From a virus (Duplodnaviria; Heunggongvirae; Uroviricota; Caudoviricetes), in IMG/VR virus record IMGVR_UViG_2778261225_000015: a DNA stretch of 23,768 nucleotides; one strand, given 5' to 3'. Both the position numbers and the translations under genes were made by a program. This document shows positions 1 to 8,162 of this stretch, in pieces. Every line of letters begins with the position of its first letter. Position 1 is the stretch's first letter. The notes below the pieces were generated by a model. It was given only the letters and a program-made list of their open reading frames with translations, had not been told where the DNA came from and ran no database searches.

Positions 1-12
1 TATCCGCTGGAG

Positions 13-405
13 ATGAAAGAGGATTACACTCAAGCTGACTCATGGCCAGATGATGCTGTTGAAGTTGATGAGCAAGCGTATATTGAGTTTTCCGGATTAC
101 CGCCGAAAGGAAAAATCCGTATCGCTGGAGAAAATGGTTTTCCTGCATGGTCTGAAATTCCACCACCAACACATGAGGAACAGATTGCTGCAGCCGAACT
201 GGAAAAGCAGCAACTGATTAATCAGGCCAACGATTATATGAACAGTAAACAATGGCCTGGTAAAGCGGCTATTGGTCGCCTGAAAGGTGAGGAACTGGCG
301 CAATATAATTTGTGGCTGGATTATCTGGACGCACTGGAACTGGTCGATACCTCCAGTGCTCCAGATATTGAATGGCCTACGCCTCCGGCAGTTCAGGCCA
401 GATGA
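13..405 (+). CDS. Tail fibre assembly protein (Tfa/gpG-like), alternate copy; frame is open back to position 1 so the true 5' end probably lies upstream of the window
   Basis: C-terminal block LWLDYLDALELVDTSSAPDIEWP parallels LNAVLDYIDAVTATDTSTAPDVIWP of the convergent ORF 377..979; no stop between position 1 and the first ATG at 13. Confidence 0.7.
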   Translation: MKEDYTQADSWPDDAVEVDEQAYIEFSGLPPKGKIRIAGENGFPAWSEIPPPTHEEQIAAAELEKQQLINQANDYMNSKQWPGKAAIGRLKGEELAQYNLWLDYLDALELVDTSSAPDIEWPTPPAVQAR

Positions 406-979
406 CATCCGGCGCGGTGCTGGTATCTGTTGCCGTCACCGCGTCAATGTAATCCAGCACGGCGTTAAGTCGGGTTGTTTCTGCCTGCGTCAACTTCCGT
501 CCGGCCTGTAATTTCAGCTGAATCAGACTAATGGAAGCCATTGCTGCATCAATCAGTGACTGGCGCTGTGCTTCTGCCGCGTCTACTGCGGCACTATGCT
601 GTGCCTCAGTATCCGTCACCCATTTCTCACCATCCCATTTATCATATGGCGTTAACGGGGCGATAGTGGTTGTATTTTCAGGGTAATCACCCGGAGCTGT
701 GATTTCTTTCGATTCTCCTGTTTCGGTGCTATAGATGATTTCACCGCGATGGTCTGGCACATATTCCCATGAGTTAAAATCTGCAGAACGGCAGATTGCA
801 TAACCAGCTTTATGTGTAACTGGTGCATCTAAACAAGAACATGCCGGGATACCGACGCCAACCGCAAGATATTCAGTTGATGTGGAAATATATTCCCGCG
901 TTTCACCATCATAATTATAAATGGTAATGTCTCCCGCTTTTATGGCAATGAGTTCGTTATTTAATACGGCTTTATTCAT
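377..979 (-). CDS. Tail fibre assembly protein (Tfa, P2 gpG-like)
   Basis: 200-aa ORF immediately downstream of the tail fibre gene on the same strand (1-nt overlap); Tfa-type C-terminal motif; converges tail-to-tail with the Tfa paralog 13..405. Confidence 0.8.
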   Translation of the reverse strand: MNKAVLNNELIAIKAGDITIYNYDGETREYISTSTEYLAVGVGIPACSCLDAPVTHKAGYAICRSADFNSWEYVPDHRGEIIYSTETGESKEITAPGDYPENTTTIAPLTPYDKWDGEKWVTDTEAQHSAAVDAAEAQRQSLIDAAMASISLIQLKLQAGRKLTQAETTRLNAVLDYIDAVTATDTSTAPDVIWPELPEA

Positions 980-2046
980 CAGGCAGCCCTCACGATATAA
1001 TTAAAGGCAATGTTACGAGGTCGGTTTTCGTTTGCAGTTGGAACAACTCTGGAAGCATCGAATGTTACTCGCTTTGCATAACCACCTTTAATTGAATCAG
1101 ATGAAGCATCTCCGATGACGCTGGTTGTAAAAACGCCAGAATCAGAAGGGTAGGTATTAAACCTGACATCCACTAATGCACCAATTATATTTCGAATGGC
1201 ATCTCCCTGTGACGAAAGCAAGCTACGGTTAGTATCTATTCCTCTTCCGTCATCCCAGCCACGAATGAACTCACCACGTAAATCAGGCAATTTATTTGTC
1301 GGGTAAGCCTTTGCCAGTTCCGGGTATTCTTCAGCAGAAAAAGCCGCACCGTTGCATTTCAGCCAGCCTGTTGGCGGAGTGGCGGAAGGCCACGGAACAG
1401 GCACACCAACGGGTAATGCCGAACCTTCTCCCAAACCAAGGTTTTTGAGAACCTCAGCAACCAATCCGGCGTCGGCCATTTCTTTTAGTGCGTTCGCAAT
1501 CAGCGGGTATTGCTTATGCGGGTTAGCCTTTGCCTCATGATCTTTCATGAGTTTGTCGGCGTAGCTCTTCACCTCGATGACTGCATCGTCGACATATTTA
1601 CGGGTTGCCAGCACGACTGACGGGTCGATTTTTAAGGTGATCGCCGAAGTGCTCGAGACAACGAGAATCATGCGAATGGTCTGCGTTCGGCCGCTCCCCT
1701 CAGCCAGTAACGGTTTATAGGTTTCCGGGCAGTTGGCGACAGCAATCAGGATACCTTCATCATCGTAAAGACCGATTTCGCGGATAAAGAAACCGCCCTC
1801 GTTTTCCGGGATGATCTGCTCGGCAATAATCTGACCGGTGTCGTTAGCATCTACTGCCAGTGAATTTAGCAGCTCGCGGCGACGCTCGTTAATGAGCTTT
1901 GTCTGAGCCGGGTCAGGTGTCGGCAGTGTGCCGTTTCCGTCCCCGACGGCCATTTGTGTAATATTCAGTTTAGTACCGAGTGCGGTCGCGTTTGCCAGTC
2001 GCGCCGCGCCCTGATGGGTCAGAATGGCAAAATATTTAGTCGTCAT
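979..2046 (-). CDS. H: Tail fibre protein H (conserved P2-type N-terminal part plus variable C-terminal receptor-binding part with tail-collar-like motif)
   Basis: N-terminus MTTKYFAILTHQGAARLANA...MAVGDGNGTLPTPD resembles the P2 gpH N-terminus as recalled; C-terminal PVGVPVPWPSATPPTGWLKCNGAAFSAEEYPELAKAY is a tail-collar-type motif; ATGA overlap with gene I. Confidence 0.85.
   Translation of the reverse strand: MTTKYFAILTHQGAARLANATALGTKLNITQMAVGDGNGTLPTPDPAQTKLINERRRELLNSLAVDANDTGQIIAEQIIPENEGGFFIREIGLYDDEGILIAVANCPETYKPLLAEGSGRTQTIRMILVVSSTSAITLKIDPSVVLATRKYVDDAVIEVKSYADKLMKDHEAKANPHKQYPLIANALKEMADAGLVAEVLKNLGLGEGSALPVGVPVPWPSATPPTGWLKCNGAAFSAEEYPELAKAYPTNKLPDLRGEFIRGWDDGRGIDTNRSLLSSQGDAIRNIIGALVDVRFNTYPSDSGVFTTSVIGDASSDSIKGGYAKRVTFDASRVVPTANENRPRNIAFNYIVRAA
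1426..1451. other. Candidate 26-bp crossover site for a Hin/Gin/Cin/Pin-family DNA invertase (hix/gix-like), inside the H coding sequence
   Basis: TTCTCCCAAACCAAGGTTTTTGAGAA: imperfect palindrome with AAACC-AA-GGTTT core, close to the hixL sequence as I recall it (TTCTTGAAAACCAAGGTTTTTGATAA); lies at about codons 198-207 of H, where the conserved N-terminus gives way to the variable C-terminus. Confidence 0.55.
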
Positions 2047-2654
2047 GCGCTTACTCGCAGGTTATCAATCAGATGAATGGCCGAAGCCGGACAAAACTCA
2101 CCACCGACGACAATCTCCCCGGAGGCATAGGGATATACGGTTAACAGGTCGCCGTCGTAGCAGCTTGCGCCCACATAAGCGCGCCCGGTGGTGCTCAGGC
2201 TGATAGCGAGCCCGGTCAGGTGTCGGCTTGCCGGTTTTGCCCCTTCAATAAGGCGCTCGAGCTCGAGATACATCTCATCGGTGATGCCGGTCTCGAGTAC
2301 GCCAACCACAAGCCGGAAAGTTCCCGGCTCTTCGTTGAGCTCCCACCACTCTTTAACCTCAATCAGATAGCCCAGCGGCTCCACCACGCGCCGTAATGCG
2401 GCGATGGTGCCTTTGTGGGCATGAACATAAAATGCGGAGGCGATAACGCTGCGTTTTGTGGCCTCCGGCCATCTCTCATCCCACCGGTCAACCGAAAATG
2501 CCCACGCCAGATACGGCAGCAGCCGCACCGGGCAAGTGCGCCAGTTCCACAACGTGCGAAGCGGTACCGGCACACGCTCAATATCTGCGGCCGCGCGGGC
2601 GGCGGCGACCTCGAGCAGCGATGAGCCAACAGGCAACAGTCGCTTATTACTCAT
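2043..2654 (-). CDS. I: Baseplate assembly protein I
   Basis: Start taken at ATG 2654 (MSNKRLLPVGSSLLEVAAAR..., matching the recalled P2 gpI N-terminus); the longer ORF to 2777 is in-frame read-through into J. Conserved WAFSVDRWDE.WPEATKR block. Confidence 0.8.
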   Translation of the reverse strand: MSNKRLLPVGSSLLEVAAARAAADIERVPVPLRTLWNWRTCPVRLLPYLAWAFSVDRWDERWPEATKRSVIASAFYVHAHKGTIAALRRVVEPLGYLIEVKEWWELNEEPGTFRLVVGVLETGITDEMYLELERLIEGAKPASRHLTGLAISLSTTGRAYVGASCYDGDLLTVYPYASGEIVVGGEFCPASAIHLIDNLRVSA

Positions 2655-3555
2655 CGGCCCCCCCGTCAGCGATGTGGTATTCGGTGCAACAGGATGCCTG
2701 GTATTTACTGAGCACAATGTCAGCCAGTGGCGCGGCGAGTTCGACACGCTGCACACCTTCGACATGCAGGGCGGCATAGATGGCCGACTGACGAATGTCC
2801 CGGCCCAGTCGCTGCTGTGCGCTGATGTATGCCTTCAGTTTTTCCTCTGCGGCCTGACGGATTGGCTCGGCCTCCGGCCCCGGATAAAAATACAGAGTTG
2901 CATCAATCTGATACGGCACGATTTCAGCACTCTGCACCGTCACCCTGTCGCCAACCGGGCGCACCTCTTCAGCATTTAGTGCTTTTTCAACGATGGTCAG
3001 AAGCTCATCGGATGCGGTGCCGTCATCCTCGCGTGACAGCACGGTGATGGTCACACAGGCCGGTGACGGGCTGACAACCGAGATATCAGCGACCCGACCG
3101 TCGGCGCTGCGACCGTGGTATTCATATGCGCCGACCGGACCAGCCACGCTGAGCCCTTCATAAGCCTGTTGTGCGCGTAACCGTAAATCGGTATCAGATT
3201 CCATGACGGCGGGTGTCGGCGGGATAGTGCTGTCATCGGCGGGCGTCACAATCTGTCGCGCGGTGTTGTTGTTTCCGGCCATCACATCAAGGTCGTTATT
3301 ACTCGCATAAGCCAGTGTGCAGCCTTTCGCCGCATCGTTTACACGCTGACGCCAGATAACCTCCCGATAGGCGTTTTCCTCCAGATACTTCACCAGTGGC
3401 TCAGACTCAAGGGCGAGAGTACGCGCAACAGCGTCCTGTTGTTCTTCAGGGTAAAGCGAGACCAGCGTCGCTTTGCGTTCCGCGAGAATAGTCTCAAAAT
3501 CCAGCGTTTCCACGACGTCAGGCGCGGGGAGCTGGCTCAGGTCGATGTTTGCCAT
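2647..3555 (-). CDS. J: Baseplate assembly protein J
   Basis: 302 aa, the same length as P2 gpJ; position between W and I; overlaps the I start by 8 nt. Confidence 0.85.
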   Translation of the reverse strand: MANIDLSQLPAPDVVETLDFETILAERKATLVSLYPEEQQDAVARTLALESEPLVKYLEENAYREVIWRQRVNDAAKGCTLAYASNNDLDVMAGNNNTARQIVTPADDSTIPPTPAVMESDTDLRLRAQQAYEGLSVAGPVGAYEYHGRSADGRVADISVVSPSPACVTITVLSREDDGTASDELLTIVEKALNAEEVRPVGDRVTVQSAEIVPYQIDATLYFYPGPEAEPIRQAAEEKLKAYISAQQRLGRDIRQSAIYAALHVEGVQRVELAAPLADIVLSKYQASCCTEYHIADGGADE

Positions 3556-3559
3556 AAAT

Positions 3560-3907
3560 TCAACTCACAGGAATAGTCAGTGACAGGGTTTTGCCGGTGT
3601 CCCGGGTCTCGCCGGTCAGCTCAACAATCATCTGACCGTTAAACTGACGTTCTACCGTCAGCGAGCTGATGCTGATGCGCGGCTCCCACTTCAGCAGCGC
3701 CATATAACAGGCGCACATAATTTGCAGTCTCAGCGCGTCGGTCTGCGGCATATCAATCAGGGAGAACAACAGCGAGCCATAATCGCGACGCATCACGCGA
3801 GAGCCGACCGGCGTTCGCAAAATATCGCCACAGCTCTGACGGATGTGATCGGCGTCAGTGATGGCGCGCCCGGTCTCCCTGTTCATACCGATATAACGGG
3901 TCGTCAT
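3560..3907 (-). CDS. W: Baseplate assembly protein W
   Basis: 115 aa, the same length as P2 gpW; ATGA overlap with V. Confidence 0.85.
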   Translation of the reverse strand: MTTRYIGMNRETGRAITDADHIRQSCGDILRTPVGSRVMRRDYGSLLFSLIDMPQTDALRLQIMCACYMALLKWEPRISISSLTVERQFNGQMIVELTGETRDTGKTLSLTIPVS

Positions 3908-4545
3908 TTCGTGCCCTCCGTCCAGGCTCCACCTCTTTGCACACCGCCGTGACCGTGGCTGTCGACCTGAACGCCGTTGGATTTAAACGTACCGTCGGTG
4001 TGTTCGATGTTTCCGCGCATGGTGCCGCCTTGTTGTACCTCAAGCGTCGCCGTCGTCAGTTTGTTGGTGCAGACCACTTCCGGTGTATCGAGGGTGATGC
4101 GGGTCTCGGCTTTCACCGTCACCAGCGGTACCGTCGCGGTGATGGAATCCGACGCCGTAACGTCTGCGGTTTTAATGCCGCTCACGGTCAGCGCGCCGGT
4201 CTCCGGCTCGTACTCGATAACAGCCCCATCAGGAAAGGTGATGTGAAAAGCATCAGCCGACGCCGACGGCGCGGGGTGGTCATCCGAAAAAATGCCGGGC
4301 AGCACAAAAGCGGTGTCGAGTTCACCACCCACGGCCAGCAGTAAAACCTGCTCGCCCACAGACGGAGCCCACCAGACACGTGAACGACCGGCGCGTGTGG
4401 TCAGCCACTGAAGCCAGTCGGTAACAATGCCGCCAGTCTGGACGCGACAGCGCCCGTCATCGAGGTCAACTTCGACGACGACGCCGGTACGTATCAGGTT
4501 GCGAAGGAGGCGTAAAGCGTCCTGAAGAGTTGCGCGAGTATTCAT
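3904..4545 (-). CDS. V: Baseplate hub/spike protein V
   Basis: Start taken at ATG 4545 (MNTRATLQDALRLLRNLIRTGVV, P2 gpV-like); the ORF-track start at 4581 is a TTG further upstream. No clear Shine-Dalgarno for either start. Confidence 0.8.
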   Translation of the reverse strand: MNTRATLQDALRLLRNLIRTGVVVEVDLDDGRCRVQTGGIVTDWLQWLTTRAGRSRVWWAPSVGEQVLLLAVGGELDTAFVLPGIFSDDHPAPSASADAFHITFPDGAVIEYEPETGALTVSGIKTADVTASDSITATVPLVTVKAETRITLDTPEVVCTNKLTTATLEVQQGGTMRGNIEHTDGTFKSNGVQVDSHGHGGVQRGGAWTEGTK

Positions 4546-4621
4546 ACAAGGAAGGATGCCGCCCGGTGCTCTGGACGGCAATTAATGCGGGTTTTACCAG
4601 ATATGGCACAACATACAAAAA

Positions 4622-5965
4622 CTAGCTTGGGGTAACTGTAACCTGACGAGAAAAAACAACAGGCTCCTTCAATTGCTCACATATAATTTTAAAATTAATA
4701 ACTCCAGAGCCAATCGTTAAGGGAATGATGACTATTTCCTCATACTCAACAGTTAAGCTCTGTAACACTTTTTTCGCACGCAACGTGATTTTATGGTCCT
4801 CTTTCATGACCCACTCATCTTGGTTAACTGTTCCTAAATCAGCCATCCGTTTAATTATTGCTGGCACTTCGAAATGAGGTTTAGCCATTACCATCGATGT
4901 ATCATCAAAAATACCCATCCTAAAATTTTCGAGTGACATTATAGCACTGAGTCTTTTTTTATGCTTACTTATTGGGGACTCAGGGATTTTTAATTTCGGC
5001 TCTTTTATAAATAAGTCTTCATTAGAACCTTTAAGCACTATTAGGAATTCAGGAAAATCAATCTCAACATAAACATTTGACGCAAAAGTCCTCCCATTAT
5101 TTCTTAAAACGGGCTTCACTGTAATTGCATTGTTTTTGTAATTACAGTGCAATCTCATTTTTTTATTATATAAATCCACATCTTTATCAGTAGGCAGTGA
5201 AGAGTTATATGATTCAATCTCATCAATGGTGATAGTGTCCTTCAACTCAAGAGGTACCGCTTCCTTGCATAGTTGTGGAAGGTAATCCTGATAAGTCGAC
5301 TCCACATCCACCGTCAAAGCTAAGTCATTATCAATCATGCTCAGCTCTAATTGAGGTGCATCGCTATGTAATTGGCTTTCATATTCGCGGACTTTTTCCC
5401 TTAATTTTCTATTTTCATTAGATAGCTCAGCCAACTCGGCGGTAATCTCTTTAGATGCGACCTGGTCACCGCGCACCCATCCTATTCGTGGATTTCGTCG
5501 CATTACTTTTGGTAAGGCGATAGCAACCTTCGTCGCTAACTCATCAATTGTCTCCCAAAAATCACACATTTTGTTAGCTTTAGCTTTTTCAATAAAAGCA
5601 TTTAGTTGCTTTTCTTTTTGAGGGTCACTTTCTCGTTCATGTGGTTTTGTTAAAACGTCCCTCCCTCTAATAAAAGCCAACACCGGTATATTTAATGATT
5701 TAGCATAGTTATATTCCATTTCAGTATAGCTAATACCATCTTTAGAAACGGACCCATACTTATGCCCAATGATAATCACATAATAATCACTAGCATCAAT
5801 AGTCTCCTTTATTATATCCCACTGCTCAGAGTCATCAGCGCTAAACATCTCCATGCCAACTGGAAAGTGGTATAAACTAAGGACCGTTTCTATGATTTTT
5901 TTGCGAGCATCAATTAAATCGACGTATGTAGAGCTCACAAATACTTGATATTTTTTATTTTCCAT
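4622..5965 (-). CDS. Cargo protein, 447 aa: N-terminal TIR-like/DUF4062-like domain (KYQVFVSSTYVDL...), central coiled coil, C-terminal domain of unknown function; candidate anti-phage defence or exclusion protein
   Basis: Start ATG at 5965 preceded by GAGGA with 4-nt spacing; AT-rich coding sequence embedded between GC-rich S and V genes; N-terminal motif recalled as typical of DUF4062. Confidence 0.75.
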   Translation of the reverse strand: MENKKYQVFVSSTYVDLIDARKKIIETVLSLYHFPVGMEMFSADDSEQWDIIKETIDASDYYVIIIGHKYGSVSKDGISYTEMEYNYAKSLNIPVLAFIRGRDVLTKPHERESDPQKEKQLNAFIEKAKANKMCDFWETIDELATKVAIALPKVMRRNPRIGWVRGDQVASKEITAELAELSNENRKLREKVREYESQLHSDAPQLELSMIDNDLALTVDVESTYQDYLPQLCKEAVPLELKDTITIDEIESYNSSLPTDKDVDLYNKKMRLHCNYKNNAITVKPVLRNNGRTFASNVYVEIDFPEFLIVLKGSNEDLFIKEPKLKIPESPISKHKKRLSAIMSLENFRMGIFDDTSMVMAKPHFEVPAIIKRMADLGTVNQDEWVMKEDHKITLRAKKVLQSLTVEYEEIVIIPLTIGSGVINFKIICEQLKEPVVFSRQVTVTPS

Positions 5966-6002
5966 AACATCCTCACTTGTATAGAAAATAAAATACATAA
6001 AA

Positions 6003-6470
6003 TCAATCAATAGATCTAGCCGCCTCAGCTAAAGAAACCATAATTATGTCATGAATCATATTTTTTGATTCATGATCAAACCCGATAAGCATTCGGGCGT
6101 CATACTGTACCGGCGCACTGTTTCGCCCAGGCTTATCTTTGAGACCGTACTGATGCACATTCGCCATCCGTTGTACCTTGCCGGTAAATTCCACGACCGC
6201 CGAGTCATTCCCCGCTGTGGCTTTCATAAAGCGACTGGTGCGGAGCTTAGCGAACATTTCCCGCTTAACCCGGCCTGTTTTGGCTTTTACCGGCTGGCGT
6301 TTTCGGGCGGCGTAAGGTGTCCCGTCCGGGGCTTTCTGCATTTTAATCCGGCGCTGTTGACGGGCTCGCAGGGTCTTAGCGATATCTGCGGCCATTCTGC
6401 GACGGGCGGCAGGAGACAGCGCTGCTATCAGCCCCGTGAGCGTATCGTCAAAGGGTTTAAAGTCATTCAT
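6003..6470 (-). CDS. S: Tail completion protein S
   Basis: 155 aa, P2 gpS-like sequence and position; overlaps R by 8 nt. Confidence 0.85.
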   Translation of the reverse strand: MNDFKPFDDTLTGLIAALSPAARRRMAADIAKTLRARQQRRIKMQKAPDGTPYAARKRQPVKAKTGRVKREMFAKLRTSRFMKATAGNDSAVVEFTGKVQRMANVHQYGLKDKPGRNSAPVQYDARMLIGFDHESKNMIHDIIMVSLAEAARSID

Positions 6471-6930
6471 GCAATCGACTCACGAGCTCACCGTTAACAT
6501 ACAGCTCAACTGGCCGGGTAACGGGCTCCGGCGGCTGCGGCTCTTCAGCCTGTTCAACGTGAAGCTTATCCCCCTGTTCTTTAACGATAGTGCGCTCGGT
6601 CAGCATCAGACTGATACTGATATCGACGCTGTCGTTGTCGTTGATATCGGCAAAATAGGTGAATCCCTTTTTACGCCCTTCATCGGTCGTCATAATGTCA
6701 GCCTGATGTATGCGTAGCCACGCCTGAATCGGGACGAGTAACAGCTCGATATCATCCGTGAAATCGGTCACCACCACATTCAGCGTGTACCGGTTCTCAA
6801 ACGACAGCGACGTCGCCAGCGTCGAGGCCAGATTCCCGTTGTCGATAAAGACACGCATCATATCGGGGTTTCGTGCCAGCACCGGCACGGCGTCAGTTAA
6901 GGCTTTTCGCAGACTCTTCGGCTTGTACAT
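6463..6930 (-). CDS. R: Tail completion protein R
   Basis: 155 aa, the same length as P2 gpR; position downstream of the lysis genes. Confidence 0.85.
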   Translation of the reverse strand: MYKPKSLRKALTDAVPVLARNPDMMRVFIDNGNLASTLATSLSFENRYTLNVVVTDFTDDIELLLVPIQAWLRIHQADIMTTDEGRKKGFTYFADINDNDSVDISISLMLTERTIVKEQGDKLHVEQAEEPQPPEPVTRPVELYVNGELVSRLHE

Positions 6931-7183
6931 CGATTTTATCCTGACAGTGTTTTATCGTTCTGACCTGAAGCGCACAGCGCTCGAGGGCGCTTTCGAGCTG
7001 GCGTATATCCGCGCTCAGGTCGCCATTGGTAGTCGGGTCACTTCCCGGCATCGGGCAAAGGCTGACCTTCGGACATGCGTTGTAAACAATCACCGGCGTC
7101 GGCACAGGCGGCGCGCTGGTGCAACCGGCGCACAGCATCAGGTAAATCAGCGCTATACCAGCGGCGAAGCTGTTCATTTTCAT
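6893..7183 (-). CDS. lysC: Outer-membrane spanin lipoprotein (LysC/Rz1-like o-spanin)
   Basis: Start taken at ATG 7183 (MKMNSFAAGIALIYLMLCAGC: signal peptide plus lipobox Cys, then Pro-rich mature part), GAGG 9 nt upstream; starts inside the lysB frame and runs past its stop (overlapped spanin architecture). Confidence 0.65.
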   Translation of the reverse strand: MKMNSFAAGIALIYLMLCAGCTSAPPVPTPVIVYNACPKVSLCPMPGSDPTTNGDLSADIRQLESALERCALQVRTIKHCQDKIDVQAEESAKSLN

Positions 7184-7451
7184 TGAGTAACCTCGTAATG
7201 GTCTGTTCCCGACGCTGTGCCCGCGCTCCGGCATCGATGAGCTCACCGCGCAGTAAGACCTGAGCGGTCTCATTTTCCCCACGGATACGGGAGGCCGTTT
7301 TAAGCTGGCTTTTCAGCATGGTAATCACCGTTTTTTGGTCACCGGCGACTTTATTCGCCCGTTCAAAGGAACGGGTCAGACTGGTGTTTTCGTGGCGCAT
7401 CCAGAGCAGCCCGGCCACGGCCAGCACTAACAACACGACTATCGTTTTCAT
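7038..7451 (-). CDS. lysB: Inner-membrane spanin (LysB/Rz-like i-spanin)
   Basis: N-terminal TM segment (IVVLLVLAVAGLLW) followed by a charged, coiled-coil-prone periplasmic domain; lies immediately downstream of the endolysin. Confidence 0.7.
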   Translation of the reverse strand: MKTIVVLLVLAVAGLLWMRHENTSLTRSFERANKVAGDQKTVITMLKSQLKTASRIRGENETAQVLLRGELIDAGARAQRREQTITRLLNENEQLRRWYSADLPDAVRRLHQRAACADAGDCLQRMSEGQPLPDAGK

Positions 7452-7957
7452 TTCACCCCCTTCAGGCAGTAGGTGCGCTCACGAAAGCGGCGGTTTTCGA
7501 CCCCGGCATTACGCTCACCATTCACAAACACCCAGCGGGTGAGCTGGTCACAGGCCTGCCACCATTGCCGGTGTTTCAGGTGATACACCAGCGTCGAGCG
7601 ACAGGCCGCGCCGGTGCCGACGTTAAAAGCGAAGCTGACCAGCGCGTCATAGACGGCGGGTGGCATGTCCACCGGCACACAGACCGCGAGTCGTTTCTCG
7701 ACGTTCAGCACGTCGGCGACCAGATTCGCGGCGGCTTCCTTCTCGGTGATATCCCGTTTCGGTACCACCCCGGCAGTGTGGCCGATGCCTGACGTCCACA
7801 CACCCGCGCTGCACTGGTAAGGACGCAACCGGCACCCCTCGAGGTCGGCAATCAGCGCGAGCCCTTCCGGCGAGGTGTGAAGCAAACGAAAATCAGGCAC
7901 CAGTGCCGCCAGCGCCAGCACGACGGCCACACTGCAACGTTTAACGAATGAGCCCAC
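7448..7957 (-). CDS. SAR (signal-anchor-release) endolysin, T4-lysozyme/P1 Lyz-like
   Basis: Block LIADLEGCRLRPYQCSAGVWTSGIGHT resembles the P1 Lyz region as recalled; N-terminal weakly hydrophobic anchor KRCSVAVVLALAALV. Start proposed at GTG 7957, 14 nt upstream of the holin stop; the 204-aa ORF to 8062 has no internal ATG and would overlap most of the holin. Confidence 0.75.
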   Translation of the reverse strand: MGSFVKRCSVAVVLALAALVPDFRLLHTSPEGLALIADLEGCRLRPYQCSAGVWTSGIGHTAGVVPKRDITEKEAAANLVADVLNVEKRLAVCVPVDMPPAVYDALVSFAFNVGTGAACRSTLVYHLKHRQWWQACDQLTRWVFVNGERNAGVENRRFRERTYCLKGVK

Positions 7958-8162
7958 GAATAACCCCCTTATCAATCCCCATCGAGACGAGATAGCGGTA
8001 TTTCTTTCGCTGGTACCAGAAGTTAACCAGCGCGGTAAAAATGGCGCAGCTTCCCCCGACATAAAGCGCGAGCCGTTCCGGCGTCTGCGTACCGAAATAC
8101 GCCAGCACCACTGACAGCCAGTAGGTCAGAAAGGTTGTGATTTTATCCACAGTCAGTCCCAT
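7941..8162 (-). CDS. Holin (two predicted TM segments, charged C-terminus)
   Basis: 73 aa with TM segments ITTFLTYWLSVVLAYFG and LALYVGGSCAIFTALVNFWY and a basic tail; located between X and the endolysin as in P2 gene Y. Confidence 0.7.
   Translation of the reverse strand: MGLTVDKITTFLTYWLSVVLAYFGTQTPERLALYVGGSCAIFTALVNFWYQRKKYRYLVSMGIDKGVIRGLIR

Noticed and set aside
2655-2777. Upstream extension of the gene I ORF (244 aa) into gene J.
   Set aside because: The extension is read-through in the I frame across the J 3' end; the ATG at 2654 reproduces the conserved gpI N-terminus and the usual short J/I overlap.
97-4379. Numerous ORFs of 60-175 aa on the strand opposite to, or out of frame with, the tail-fibre and baseplate genes (for example 97..408 minus, 287..511 plus, 1352..1540 plus, 2188..2979, 3722..4379).
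   Set aside because: They lie entirely inside long, well-supported phage structural genes in GC-rich DNA, where stop-poor alternative frames are expected; none has a convincing RBS or recognisable product.
5966-6010. Upstream extension of the cargo ORF (MIDFMYFIFYTSEDV...) overlapping the S stop.
   Set aside because: The ATG at 5965 has a near-ideal GAGGA RBS at 4-nt spacing, and the extension adds only a hydrophobic AT-rich peptide encoded by the S/cargo junction.
7958-8062. N-terminal 35 codons of the endolysin ORF as given in the ORF track (start at 8062).
   Set aside because: This extension has no ATG and would overlap most of the holin gene out of frame; a GTG at 7957 gives a protein of normal length with a typical SAR N-terminus.
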